DNA of 64,000 bases from an uncultured Myxococcales bacterium (lineage in GTDB: Bacteria > Myxococcota_A > Bradymonadia > REDH01), in assembly GCA_965367675.1 (NCBI GenBank), contig CBDUJZ010000001.1, positions 20,856-84,855 on the forward strand, given 5' to 3'. Below, one piece after another: positions 1-9,052 of this stretch. The translations under genes and the position numbers were made by a program. The notes below the pieces were generated by a model. It saw only the letters and a list, made by a program, of their open reading frames with translations. It did no database searches and was not told the DNA's origin. Numbering within the stretch: the first letter of the stretch is position 1; every line of letters starts with the position of its first letter.

Positions 1-1249
1 TGGTGTACGCCAGCGCCTCCCACCAGGTGACGGATTCGACAGGGCAGGTGTCGCCGCAGCGCCAGAACGTCGCTGCATCGACCGCAAAGAACCTCCGCCA
101 GTCGGCTTGTGTGACCTCGTACTGCGCCAGCAAGAATGGCTGCGAAAGCGACACTTGATGCTGTGGGTACTCGTCGCCCGCGGCACCCACTTCTGGGCTC
201 GCCGCGCCCATGAGAAACGCACCCTCGGGGATGGCGACAAAGCCCTCGGTGACGGGGGCCGCACAGGCGCCGTTGACGCACTCCGACGCGCCGCCGCAGG
301 CTGTGCCGCAGGCGCCGCAGTGGGCTTCGTCGATGCGCAGGTCGACGCATGCGCCGTCGCACAACGAGCGGGCGTCAGTGCACACGCACTTCGCGTCGAC
401 GCACTGCTCGCCGGCGAAGTCGCAGGCGCTGTTGCACGCGCCACAGTGGGTGATCGCGTCGCTGAAGAAGTCGTCCGTGACGCACCGGCCACCGCATGCG
501 AGGCGGTCCGCGTCACAGACAACAAACTCCTGCGTGTCGGTGCCCACGTGGAACGCCTGGTCCACGACGGCGGCGGTCAATGTGTATACGCCCGGCTCCA
601 GGTTGGAGACGTCGATGGTATCGCTCCAATCGGGGCCTTCCAGTCGCCACTCGCGCGAAGAATCCGCCAGCTTGACGTGCGCGCTCCGAATGCCGCGATC
701 TTCTTCGATCGTGAGCGCGACCGCGAGCTGGCCCTCGGCATCGGGCCCGGTGACCAGGCCTCCCGGCTCGAGGAAGGCGACGATCGGAAACGAGCGGTCC
801 ACATAGAACTCGGCTGACGCCTCAAGCTCCGGCGAATCGGCCCAGCTTGCGCGCACCTCAAGTGTATGCGGGCCGGTGGCGGCTGACGACGCCGACCACG
901 CTGCTGCAAAGGGCGCGTCGCCGTCCGTTCCGATGGTCTCTCCATCGACCGTGAAGGTGAGCGTGGCGCCGTCGGGGGTGGCCGAGGCCGAGAAGACAGC
1001 CTCGCCGAAGACGACATCGCCTTGCAGGGGGTACAACAGCGTCAGCGACGGCTCGAGCTGTACGACCTCCGCCGGTGCGTCTGTGTCGACGTCCGCAACG
1101 TCTGTATCGGCGATGTCTGTGCCGTCGGTAACGTCGGCGGTTGTTTCCGCTTCCCATTCGGCTGGGTCCACGCCGCAGCCGACCACGACCAGCAACAACA
1201 CGCTCAGGCTACCGAGTGTGAAGCTGCGCAGCCGTGGGCCGAAAGTCAC
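1..1249 (-). CDS. FGE-sulfatase-fold (SUMF1-like) lipoprotein, paralog of 2805..4658; 3' end lies outside the window
   Basis: Absent from the ORF track because it is open at the window edge. My translation from GTG at 1249 gives VTFGPRLRSFTLGSLSVLLLVVVGCG (lipobox), then an acidic linker, an Ig-like segment, a Cys knot (HCGACNSAC..HCGACGTACGG) and the start of an FGE-type domain (FWRCGDTCPVESVTWWEALAY). No stop occurs down to base 1. It is colinear with the 2805..4658 product (FWDCGPDCPVEMVTWYDAIALA). The GTG overlaps the upstream TGA (GTGA). Confidence 0.7.
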   Translation of the reverse strand, partial: MTFGPRLRSFTLGSLSVLLLVVVGCGVDPAEWEAETTADVTDGTDIADTDVADVDTDAPAEVVQLEPSLTLLYPLQGDVVFGEAVFSASATPDGATLTFTVDGETIGTDGDAPFAAAWSASSAATGPHTLEVRASWADSPELEASAEFYVDRSFPIVAFLEPGGLVTGPDAEGQLAVALTIEEDRGIRSAHVKLADSSREWRLEGPDWSDTIDVSNLEPGVYTLTAAVVDQAFHVGTDTQEFVVCDADRLACGGRCVTDDFFSDAITHCGACNSACDFAGEQCVDAKCVCTDARSLCDGACVDLRIDEAHCGACGTACGGASECVNGACAAPVTEGFVAIPEGAFLMGAASPEVGAAGDEYPQHQVSLSQPFLLAQYEVTQADWRRFFAVDAATFWRCGDTCPVESVTWWEALAYT

Positions 1250-2808
1250 GGATCTACCGCGAAGGAAGACGGCAGCAGGAGGACGCTCCCCGGGGATTGA
1301 ACGGCGATCACCGCCACTCCGGAGGCGTTCTCTGTGGACACGATCACAAACGTTACTTCTCCGCCGGTGGCGATGGTGGCTGGAGCGACCACACGGGGTG
1401 GCGTGTCTGGGAACTCCATCAGGAACGCTACAGAGGAGCCAGGATCGAAAACAGTCGTCTCGTCACCGAAGTCGAGCGTCACCGGCGGATTGTCGTTCAC
1501 CGTGACCGCTACCGACGCGCTATCGGGTAGGGCGTTGATCACCCGAGCTTGGGTGACATCGCCGGTGGTCCTTGGCGCCGTCTGCAGTCGGAGCTCCGTA
1601 CCGTCGGGGCTCGCGAGTGCCATCACCGAGGTTTGGCCTCCCGGAAGCACGCTGAGGCTGACGCGACCGAGCAAGCTCGCCGCGGGACCCACCGCGCCGG
1701 CGGTGAGTGCGAGTTCGGTGTCGCCCTCGGCAACCTCGCCGAACACCGAACCGCTGCGGTAGCCGACCCCCCGAGCAACCGGCGCGCCGGTGCCTACGAC
1801 GACAAGCGCCGCACTCGCGAGTGTGTCATCCAGGTTGACGAGGCGAACGCGTCCGTACCGCACCTGCGGCACGAGCTCCCAGACGTCGCTGACCGTGCAT
1901 GTCTCCAAGGCGTTCGTGCACTCGGGGGCACACTCGAGACAGCTGGACTGAAAAGGATCCTCAAGGCACGACCGCCCGCAATGGCGCGAGCAGTCGATGA
2001 ACTCGCCGACGCAACCCACGCACACTGCGTCCTCGGAGGCCTCACTGTTGAGGCAATCCTCGACGCAGTCGCCGGCAGCAGGAGACAAGCGGCAATCTTC
2101 CCAACAACCGTCGCTGACGGAGGACATCACGGCCGCGATGTCGGAAACGCCTCCGCGCTCTCGGCACGTCAGCGCGGGCGCTGGTGGTACCGGCGGGTCG
2201 GGGATCTCGGTGATCGCGCCCGCACACACCGTGAACTCAACCCCACACGAAGTGATTCGGCAGGTGTCACAAGTCTCGGATGTACCGGCCCAGCCGTCAG
2301 GACACGCGTCGGCACACAGGTTTTGGGTGCAGCTACCCAGTTCGGCGACACAGTCCACGCACGCGTCGGAGATCAACTCCTCTTCAGCGAAACATGCCTC
2401 GATACAGCCGGACTCGGGCGCCGAACCGCAGCGCGTGGTGCAGCGGTGTGTGGCGAATCGTGTGAGCGAGAATCGGATGAGGAACGGGAGGTTCTGCGGG
2501 TCGGTGCATGATCCGGTCATGCCAACGCCGGAGCTCCGAACCGGTGTCACCGGCTCGGCATCCACGGCATCGACGTCACCGGTATCTACGCTGGTGTCCG
2601 AACCGGAGGTGTCGTCGGAGGCATCCGGCGCGCCGTCGGGTTCCACGTCCGCAGCGGCGTCGCCTGTGCTGCCGTCCATGCCGACGTCGCCGGCTGCAGC
2701 GTCGGCGCCTGTATCCGTGGTGCCGTCAGCGTCGCCGCATCCGGTCGCGAGGAACAAGGCGCTGAGCAGCAGAGCTACCAAGTGATTCAGTCGACAGCGC
2801 GTCATCAT
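1246..2808 (-). CDS. Cys-rich lipoprotein with DUF4397-like C-terminal half
   Basis: Track ORF 1246..3030 trimmed to the internal ATG at 2808 (MMTRCRLNHLVALLLSALFLATGCG lipobox). An Asp-rich linker follows, then about 230 aa with duplicated CxxC-type Cys patterns (ACVDCVAELGSC.., VCVGCVGEFIDCSRHC..). The C-terminal half resembles DUF4397 (RVRLVNL.., ARVINALPDSASVAVTVN). The ATG overlaps the upstream stop (ATGA). Confidence 0.7.
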   Translation of the reverse strand: MMTRCRLNHLVALLLSALFLATGCGDADGTTDTGADAAAGDVGMDGSTGDAAADVEPDGAPDASDDTSGSDTSVDTGDVDAVDAEPVTPVRSSGVGMTGSCTDPQNLPFLIRFSLTRFATHRCTTRCGSAPESGCIEACFAEEELISDACVDCVAELGSCTQNLCADACPDGWAGTSETCDTCRITSCGVEFTVCAGAITEIPDPPVPPAPALTCRERGGVSDIAAVMSSVSDGCWEDCRLSPAAGDCVEDCLNSEASEDAVCVGCVGEFIDCSRHCGRSCLEDPFQSSCLECAPECTNALETCTVSDVWELVPQVRYGRVRLVNLDDTLASAALVVVGTGAPVARGVGYRSGSVFGEVAEGDTELALTAGAVGPAASLLGRVSLSVLPGGQTSVMALASPDGTELRLQTAPRTTGDVTQARVINALPDSASVAVTVNDNPPVTLDFGDETTVFDPGSSVAFLMEFPDTPPRVVAPATIATGGEVTFVIVSTENASGVAVIAVQSPGSVLLLPSSFAVDP

Positions 2809-4658
2809 AACGAATCCTCGTCGACGGTTCGAACCAAGCGGAAGCCAACGAAGCTCTCTTGCACGGTCGGGAACGCGCTCAATCGCGAGGAGGCTCGAAG
2901 CCGGCTCGCGCGCTCGTTCCAACTGCCGCCGCGGAACCCGCGTTCGCGCGAGCTCCCCTCGGGTCCGCCGAGCGGATCGACCTCGGAAGTGACAGGCCCC
3001 GACTCTGATCGCCAGATGTCCCACGTCCACTCAAAAACGTTGCCGGCCATGTCATGGAGTCCGAGCGCGTTCGGGAGGCGTGTGCCCACCGGGTGCGGCG
3101 TCTCGCCGGAGTTGCATGAGTACCAGGCGACCGCGCTTAAGAATCCCGTGCTTTCGCATGCCAGTGAGACCACCTCTCCGGCGAACGTCGAGGTGACGGT
3201 CCCGGCACGGTAAGCGATCTCCCACTCCGCCTCGGTGGGCAGGCGATAGCCCTCGCAATCCAACGGGCTCCCACTCCGAGACGTGGCCGGCACGGAGTCG
3301 CAGAAGAAACCAGCGCCGGGCGCCGCCTCGTTGCAGTCTTCTAAGTCGTAGCAAGGCCGAAGACCCTCCGCCGTCGAGCGCGCGTTCGCCAAGGCGATCG
3401 CGTCGTACCAGGTGACCATCTCGACAGGGCAGTCGGGTCCGCAGTCCCAGAACTCGGAGGGGTTCACGTCAAAGTACGTGGACCATTCTTGCTGCGTGAC
3501 TTCGGTACGGTCGACGGCGAATGGCCGCGTAATCGTGACCTCGAGTGGAAACTCGACGTTTCGGTCCAGTCCCGACTCCCCGGGGCGCGGCCCCAGCGCG
3601 AAGGTGCCGGGCAGCACTGTGACCATACTGGAGCCATCGTCTGTACGGCAGGTCCCGGCGACGCATTCGTCGGTACCCGAGCAGGCGACGCCGCATGCTC
3701 CGCAGTGGTCCGTGTCCGCCGTCACGTTCACGCAAGTATCGCCGCAGGCCTGAAGACCCTCGGCGCAAGCGCAGGAACCCGCGTCGCACACCTCTCGCCC
3801 GATGTCGCACGACAAACCGCAGCCGCCACAGTGAGCGGGGTTAATCTGAAACTCTCCGATCGGTGCGCATACCCCGTCGCAAAGGACTTGCTCGGCAGGA
3901 CATGCGTCAAACAGGAACGCTTCCCGGCTTACGTTGCCCAACCGGTCATACGCGACCGCGTCGATGCGCAGTTGGGTTCGGATGTCCGTCGGCACGGTGA
4001 TCGCGCCGACATAGGGCGCGTCATCGAGGACGTACACTTGGCCCAGTGATTGGACTCTGACCTGCAGCACACCAGCCGGATCGGTCACATCCAAAGAGAA
4101 GGGCAAGCGTCCATCGGTGGCGCCGAGCACGGTATCGGACGGCTCTAGGAACTGAATGGTCGGCCCAGTGCGGTCCACGAATACGTCGAGCGTTGCGCGC
4201 GCTTCGCCGCCGTCGAAATCGGCGACGGCTTCGACGGTGTAGGCACCGTCCGGGACATCAGTGACGTCCCAGATGGCGGCGTACGGCGGCTCGGCGTCGA
4301 CCCGAATAGCCGCGCCGTTGGCTGTGAACGTGACGGCCGTGGGGGAGGGCGTACTGACCACGACCTCGAATCCGAACTGCCCCGACGCGGAGGCGCCGGC
4401 CAGTGGCCGCACAAATGCGATGCCGTCTGGTCCGGCGTCGGGGGCGGCGTCCACCTGGGTGTCGTCTGCTCCGACCGCGTCCTCCGCGAGCCCAACATCC
4501 TCACCCGCGTCCGCTGTTCCAGAATCCGAGGCGTCTGAAGCGCCGAAAGGCGCGTCGGATTCAACATCCGGCGCGCCTCTCGTATCTGAATCAGCTTGTT
4601 CCGGAGGGTCTCCGGTGCAAGCGAGGAGGAGCAACGCCGCAGCGAAGCTCCTCGCCAT
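2805..4658 (-). CDS. FGE-sulfatase-fold (SUMF1-like) lipoprotein lacking the catalytic Cys pair
   Basis: Track ORF 2805..4856 trimmed to ATG 4658 (MARSFAAALLLLACTG lipobox), 8 nt after the upstream stop. It has an acidic linker, an Ig-like segment and a Cys knot (HCGGCGLSC..HCGACGVACSG). FGE-family motifs are present: YRLPTEAEWEIAYRAG, LGLHDMAGNVFEWTWD, RGGSWNERASRLRASSR...GFRLVR. Confidence 0.8.
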   Translation of the reverse strand: MARSFAAALLLLACTGDPPEQADSDTRGAPDVESDAPFGASDASDSGTADAGEDVGLAEDAVGADDTQVDAAPDAGPDGIAFVRPLAGASASGQFGFEVVVSTPSPTAVTFTANGAAIRVDAEPPYAAIWDVTDVPDGAYTVEAVADFDGGEARATLDVFVDRTGPTIQFLEPSDTVLGATDGRLPFSLDVTDPAGVLQVRVQSLGQVYVLDDAPYVGAITVPTDIRTQLRIDAVAYDRLGNVSREAFLFDACPAEQVLCDGVCAPIGEFQINPAHCGGCGLSCDIGREVCDAGSCACAEGLQACGDTCVNVTADTDHCGACGVACSGTDECVAGTCRTDDGSSMVTVLPGTFALGPRPGESGLDRNVEFPLEVTITRPFAVDRTEVTQQEWSTYFDVNPSEFWDCGPDCPVEMVTWYDAIALANARSTAEGLRPCYDLEDCNEAAPGAGFFCDSVPATSRSGSPLDCEGYRLPTEAEWEIAYRAGTVTSTFAGEVVSLACESTGFLSAVAWYSCNSGETPHPVGTRLPNALGLHDMAGNVFEWTWDIWRSESGPVTSEVDPLGGPEGSSRERGFRGGSWNERASRLRASSRLSAFPTVQESFVGFRLVRTVDEDSL

Positions 4659-4666
4659 GGAAGGCA

Positions 4667-7600
4667 CTAGTTGCACTGCCCACTGCTCGCGAACTGCAGC
4701 CGGATGCCCACGTTGGTGGTGCTGGAGTTGTCGCCACCGCGGTTCGTCGCCGAACGGAGGGTGGTCGTCGCCGCGGTCGAGCAGTCGTAGTACCACTCGT
4801 ACCACTCTTGCTGGTAGTGGCAGCGGCCGCCGACGCCGTTGCGTCCACGTGCCCACTCGGTGCCCGCGCCACCGGTACCACCGGTGCTGAAGGACATGGA
4901 GTTTCCGCCTTGGTTGCTCGCGCAGTCGACGGGCGAGCCGTTCGCTGCGCTCACGGACCAGCCGCTCACGGTCTCCTTGAACATGTAGACCGAGAAGGAG
5001 TTACCGGCCTGACCACCGCGGCCGCCGTAGCTGCCGCCGTTACCGCCACGGCTCGCCTGGATGGTGTTGCCGGTGATGGTCGCGCCAGAGGACGTCGACA
5101 GCATGAGACCGATGGACGAGCCGCCTGCACCGCCTCCATGGAGCGCCGCGTTACCGGCCCAGAAGTTGGAGGTGTGTCCCGGCGGGCAGTAGACGCGCCA
5201 TCCGTTGCCCTGGCCGCCGTAGGAGCGGATGGAGCAGTCGAAGTAGTCGCAGTCGTCGATGTCCGTGTACGGCGAGGTGGTTTGGTTCTCGGTACCGAAG
5301 AACACGTTACCGTGGTTGGTGTTGCTTCCCGCGAATCCGATGTCCGCGAAGATCGTGTTGTCGTGCAGGTTCAGGCCGTCCGAGTCCGAGAACACCATGC
5401 CGTGAAGCGTGTTGACGTCGGTCGAGGTCGAGCTCGATTCGGTCCGGGTGTTCAGGTACGCGATCTCGGTGTTGGAGGAGAGGCCCGCTCCGACGAAGAC
5501 CGCGTGGTACGGGGTGGCCGCACGGGTACGGTACGTGATGTCCGCGCGGTACGCGGCGCCACTTCCGTCCCAACGGCTCCAGTCACCTTGCCATCCACCG
5601 TAGATGTCGACGCTGTTCTTGAGCGTGACCGGCGAGTAGAGCGTGATGGCGCCCAGGATGAGCACCTTGCCGTTCGTTCCGCTGGCGTTGATCGCGCCCT
5701 GCAGACCTTGGGTCGAGCTCGTGGTGGTCGGGGTCTGCTGGTAGCAGCGCGAACCCAGCGCAGAGCCGGTGCAGCTCGCCGCCTGAACGATACGGATGTT
5801 CGAGTCGTTCGCCGGGAAGTTGTAGCCGTCGCAGTTGGAGTCAACGGTGTCGAAGATTCCGCCCGCGGTCTCGGCCGCGTTGGCACCCGGGTTGATGTTG
5901 GCGTTGCTATCGTTGCAGTCGGCCGGCGCGAGGTATCCGTCGCCGTCGTTGTCGATCTGGCAGGAGGAGGTGCAGCGCTGGGCGCCGGAGACGCCTTGCG
6001 TACCGTCGCACTGCTCACCGTACGCGGTGTCGAGGACACCATCGCCACAGGTGGGCACGCGGCAGTTGGTACGGCAGCGGTTGGCCGCCGTGTTGCTGTT
6101 CAGCGCGCCTTGGTCACACTGCTCACCGGAGTCGACCGTTCCGTCACCGCAGCTCGCGAGCTGGCAGTTGGTACGGCAGGCGTTCGGGGAGGTGTTGCTG
6201 TTGCCACCGCCGTTGTCGCATTGCTCACCGGCCGAGTTGTTCCGGTAGCCGTCACCGCAGGAGCGGGGCGTGCAGTCGGGGTCACACGTGGCGGTCTCGC
6301 CGCCGACGCCGGAGCCGTTGCCGTCGCAGGACTCTACGCCGCTACGGACCCAGCCGTCGCCGCAGGAAGCGGTCGTGCAGTTGCCCAGGCAGGCGTCGTT
6401 GTACGAGGTGTTGCCGTCGTCGCAGGACTCGCCGGCTGCCAGGTTACGGTGTCCGTCGCCACAGGCTACGGCCGAGCAGTCGAACGCGTCACAGGAGGCG
6501 GTGTCCGAGCCGGTGTCGCAGATCTCGGTTCCGGCGCGGATGCCGTCGCCACAGACCGTGTTGCAGGACGAAGGCGTTCCGCTGCAGACCCAGCCGTTCT
6601 CGTTGCGGCAGATGGAGCTACAACCGTCGTTGCTGGTGGTGTTGTTGTCGTCGCACTGCTCGTCGCCGCGGACGAGTCCGTCGCCACAGATCGGGATGCA
6701 CGGGCTGCCGGGGCTGCATGACCAGCCGGCCTCGAGGGCGCAGCCGGAGTTACAGCCGTCGCCGCTGGTGGTGTTGCCATCGTCGCAGGTCTCGGTGCCG
6801 CCGTCGGTGGCCCAGAGGACGCCGTCGCCGCAGACCGAGATGACACAGCCAACGCGACATCCGTCGTTGTTGTCGGTGTTGCCGTCGTCGCAGGCTTCGC
6901 CGGAGTCGCGGACGCCGTCGCCACAGCGGGGCAGCGTGCAGTTCTCACGGCAGGCGTCCGGCGTGGTGTTGGAGTTCGCGATGCCGTCGTCGACGTCGGG
7001 GAGACCGTCGTCACAGGCTTCGGCCGGGGCACCGGTGCCGGGGTTCGGCGGGTCGACAACGTCGTCGCCGCAGCGGAAGTAGGTGCAGTCGGTACGGCAG
7101 GCGCCGGGCTCGACGTCGGAGTTCAGGTTACCGTCGTCGCAGACCTCGCCCGGGTCGATCGTTCCGTCGCCACAGGAAGCCGCTTGGCACGTGGTACGGC
7201 AGGCGCCGGGTGCGGTGTCGCTGTTGGCGGCGCCGTCGTCACAGGCCTCGTAGCCGGGGGCTGCGGGGTTGGTGATGTCGGTGCGGCGGAAGCCGTCACC
7301 GCAGCGCGCGTTGCGGCACGTGGTGGTGCAGGAGCCGGCGTCGGCGTTGGTGCCCGAGCCGAGGTCACATTGCTCCGGGCCGGTGGCGCCAGGCGCGGTG
7401 TAGTTCGGGTTGACGAGTCCGTCGCCGCAGGTGGGCGTCGTGCAGTCGTTGTCGCAGGTGACCGTGTTGCCGCCGGTGTCGCAGGTTTCGCCGCGGGTGA
7501 CGTTCACGGTGCTGTCGCCGCAGACGGCCGCGGTGCAGTTCTGGTCGCAGTCGACCGTCTCACCGGGCGTTCCGGCGCCGTCGCCGTCACAGGCTTCCGA

Positions 7601-8980
7601 GCCGAGGAGTACCCAACCGTCACCACAGACGGACTGACGGCAATCGATGCATCCGTCGGTGTTGATGCTGTTGGCGTCGTCGCACTGCTCGTAGTCCGGG
7701 TTGCCGGCGGAGAGGTCGGTACGGGTGTGTCCGTCGCCGCAGTACGCTTCGGTGCAGTCGGTGAGGCAGGCGTCGGTGTTGGACACGTTGCCGTCGTCAC
7801 AGATCTCGCCCGCGGCGGTGTTGAGCAGTCCGTCGGGGCAAGCGCTCGGCGTGCAGTCGCTGTCGCAGGAAGCGGTGAATCCGCCGACGGTGCCGGGGTC
7901 ACAGACCTCGCCAGCCGCGGTGTTCAGCTTGTTGTCACCGCAGACGGTGTCGGTGCAGTCGGAGTTGCAGGTGGCGCTGTTGACGCCCACGGCGCCCGGG
8001 TCGCACTCTTCGGCGCCTTCCTCGATTCCGTCGCCACAGTAGGGCGTACGGCAGGTCGGGGTTTGGCCGGTGGTGCAGGGGTTGACGCCGCAGTCACACT
8101 TTCCGCCGATGCAGTCGCCGTCGCTGTAGCAGATGTCGCCGTTCTCGTAGGTCGAGGTGTCTTCGTCGACGAGGCCGTCGCAGTCATCGTCGAGGTCGTT
8201 GTCGAGCTCGAGGGCTTCGTAGACGATGATACCGGAGAACAGGAAGTCGGAGTCGCTCGGGCGGCGGAAGATCCACCACTCTTCGTGGGCTTCCTCGTCG
8301 GCCGAGTAGTCGTCGTAGAACACCAACCCGCCGTTGGTGTCCGTCGGCGCGTTGTTGCCACCGTTCGGCGGCGGCTCGGCGCCGTTACCCAGCCCGAACG
8401 TCGTCAGCACTTGGTGCGTGTACATCGAGAACTGGTCGTCACTGATCAGCACGATCTCGGCGTAGACGTTCTCGATCGGAACGGTCCAGTTGGAGGTCAT
8501 GCGAACCTGCGCGCAGTACGCACGGCCGAACGAGCTATACGGGAACGCGCCTTGCTTCGGGCAGTCCTCGTCGAGCATCACTGAGCCGTTGATGGTCTGC
8601 AGCGTGAAGGAGTTCGGTTGGCCACGCGTCTCGGGCGACTCACAGAAGTCGTGGAGCGGCTGGCCCGTCGTACGGAATCGTCCTTCGGTCTCGTCCCAGA
8701 TCGCCCGTTCCCAGGTCTCTCTCGGCAACATCTCGAACGACAGTTCGCCCGTTTCCGGGTTCGCGTAGCCTTCGAAGAACGCCATGGAGGCGTACCGCGG
8801 CTCATCGTTGGAGGGCTCTACAGGAGACGAAACGCCAGTACCTTCCGCGAGGGCCGCAGCGTCTGGCGCAGGCGCTACCTCGGGAGATTGTGTTTCGTCA
8901 CAACCCATCGCGCCAAACGCGAGGATGAGACCTGAGAGGAGAGTTCGCTGCATACAGCGAGTGACATTGGAAGCGCGCAT
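4667..8980 (-). CDS. Giant secreted lipoprotein: N-terminal domain, ~19 myxococcal Cys-rich repeats, MopE-like metal-binding motif, Gly/Ser/Asn-rich beta-helix-like C-terminus
   Basis: Track ORF 4667..9118 trimmed to ATG 8980 (MRASNVTRCMQRTLLSGLILAFGAMGC lipobox; GAGG upstream). It carries repeated CGDG-x-(E/Q)xCDDGN-x-DxC motifs. These are followed by DNDGDGYLAPADCND..NPGA..DSNCDGY. The last ~380 aa have parallel beta-helix-like composition (NTIFAD.., GGGAGGSSIGLML.., ITGNTIQASRGGNGG..). Confidence 0.85.
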   Translation of the reverse strand: MRASNVTRCMQRTLLSGLILAFGAMGCDETQSPEVAPAPDAAALAEGTGVSSPVEPSNDEPRYASMAFFEGYANPETGELSFEMLPRETWERAIWDETEGRFRTTGQPLHDFCESPETRGQPNSFTLQTINGSVMLDEDCPKQGAFPYSSFGRAYCAQVRMTSNWTVPIENVYAEIVLISDDQFSMYTHQVLTTFGLGNGAEPPPNGGNNAPTDTNGGLVFYDDYSADEEAHEEWWIFRRPSDSDFLFSGIIVYEALELDNDLDDDCDGLVDEDTSTYENGDICYSDGDCIGGKCDCGVNPCTTGQTPTCRTPYCGDGIEEGAEECDPGAVGVNSATCNSDCTDTVCGDNKLNTAAGEVCDPGTVGGFTASCDSDCTPSACPDGLLNTAAGEICDDGNVSNTDACLTDCTEAYCGDGHTRTDLSAGNPDYEQCDDANSINTDGCIDCRQSVCGDGWVLLGSEACDGDGAGTPGETVDCDQNCTAAVCGDSTVNVTRGETCDTGGNTVTCDNDCTTPTCGDGLVNPNYTAPGATGPEQCDLGSGTNADAGSCTTTCRNARCGDGFRRTDITNPAAPGYEACDDGAANSDTAPGACRTTCQAASCGDGTIDPGEVCDDGNLNSDVEPGACRTDCTYFRCGDDVVDPPNPGTGAPAEACDDGLPDVDDGIANSNTTPDACRENCTLPRCGDGVRDSGEACDDGNTDNNDGCRVGCVISVCGDGVLWATDGGTETCDDGNTTSGDGCNSGCALEAGWSCSPGSPCIPICGDGLVRGDEQCDDNNTTSNDGCSSICRNENGWVCSGTPSSCNTVCGDGIRAGTEICDTGSDTASCDAFDCSAVACGDGHRNLAAGESCDDGNTSYNDACLGNCTTASCGDGWVRSGVESCDGNGSGVGGETATCDPDCTPRSCGDGYRNNSAGEQCDNGGGNSNTSPNACRTNCQLASCGDGTVDSGEQCDQGALNSNTAANRCRTNCRVPTCGDGVLDTAYGEQCDGTQGVSGAQRCTSSCQIDNDGDGYLAPADCNDSNANINPGANAAETAGGIFDTVDSNCDGYNFPANDSNIRIVQAASCTGSALGSRCYQQTPTTTSSTQGLQGAINASGTNGKVLILGAITLYSPVTLKNSVDIYGGWQGDWSRWDGSGAAYRADITYRTRAATPYHAVFVGAGLSSNTEIAYLNTRTESSSTSTDVNTLHGMVFSDSDGLNLHDNTIFADIGFAGSNTNHGNVFFGTENQTTSPYTDIDDCDYFDCSIRSYGGQGNGWRVYCPPGHTSNFWAGNAALHGGGAGGSSIGLMLSTSSGATITGNTIQASRGGNGGSYGGRGGQAGNSFSVYMFKETVSGWSVSAANGSPVDCASNQGGNSMSFSTGGTGGAGTEWARGRNGVGGRCHYQQEWYEWYYDCSTAATTTLRSATNRGGDNSSTTNVGIRLQFASSGQCN
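5957..8041 (-). repeat. Coding tandem array of ~19 cysteine-rich repeats (31-49 aa each) inside the giant lipoprotein gene
   Basis: I counted CGDG/CGDN/CGDS/CGDD/CPDG repeat starts at ORF-track residues 361-1024. Boundaries were converted from residues 360-1054. Confidence 0.8.
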
Positions 8981-9024
8981 GGCGAATACCTCGACGGGGA
9001 GATGCCGATTACCGACTGTTGCAG

Positions 9025-9052
9025 ATGCTATCAGGCGACAACCGGCGGTCAA
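9025..9052 (-). promoter_or_regulatory. Candidate sigma-70-type promoter of the 8980..<1 operon
   Basis: The minus strand reads TTGACC (9052..9047), a 16-nt spacer, then TAGCAT (9030..9025), about 45 nt upstream of ATG 8980. This is pattern matching only. Confidence 0.35.

Noticed and set aside
1-4658. Interpreting the FGE-domain genes as sulfatase-maturating enzymes
   Set aside because: The catalytic CxxxxC segment is replaced by NERASRL in the complete copy. No sulfatase gene is present in the window.
4403-6721. 772-aa plus-strand ORF (also 7184..8584 and 6270..7082) overlapping the giant Cys-repeat gene
   Set aside because: The products are Ala/Gly/Arg/Val-rich low complexity, typical of antisense frames in GC-rich DNA. 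The minus frame carries ~19 clean CGDG..CDDGN repeats and a lipobox.
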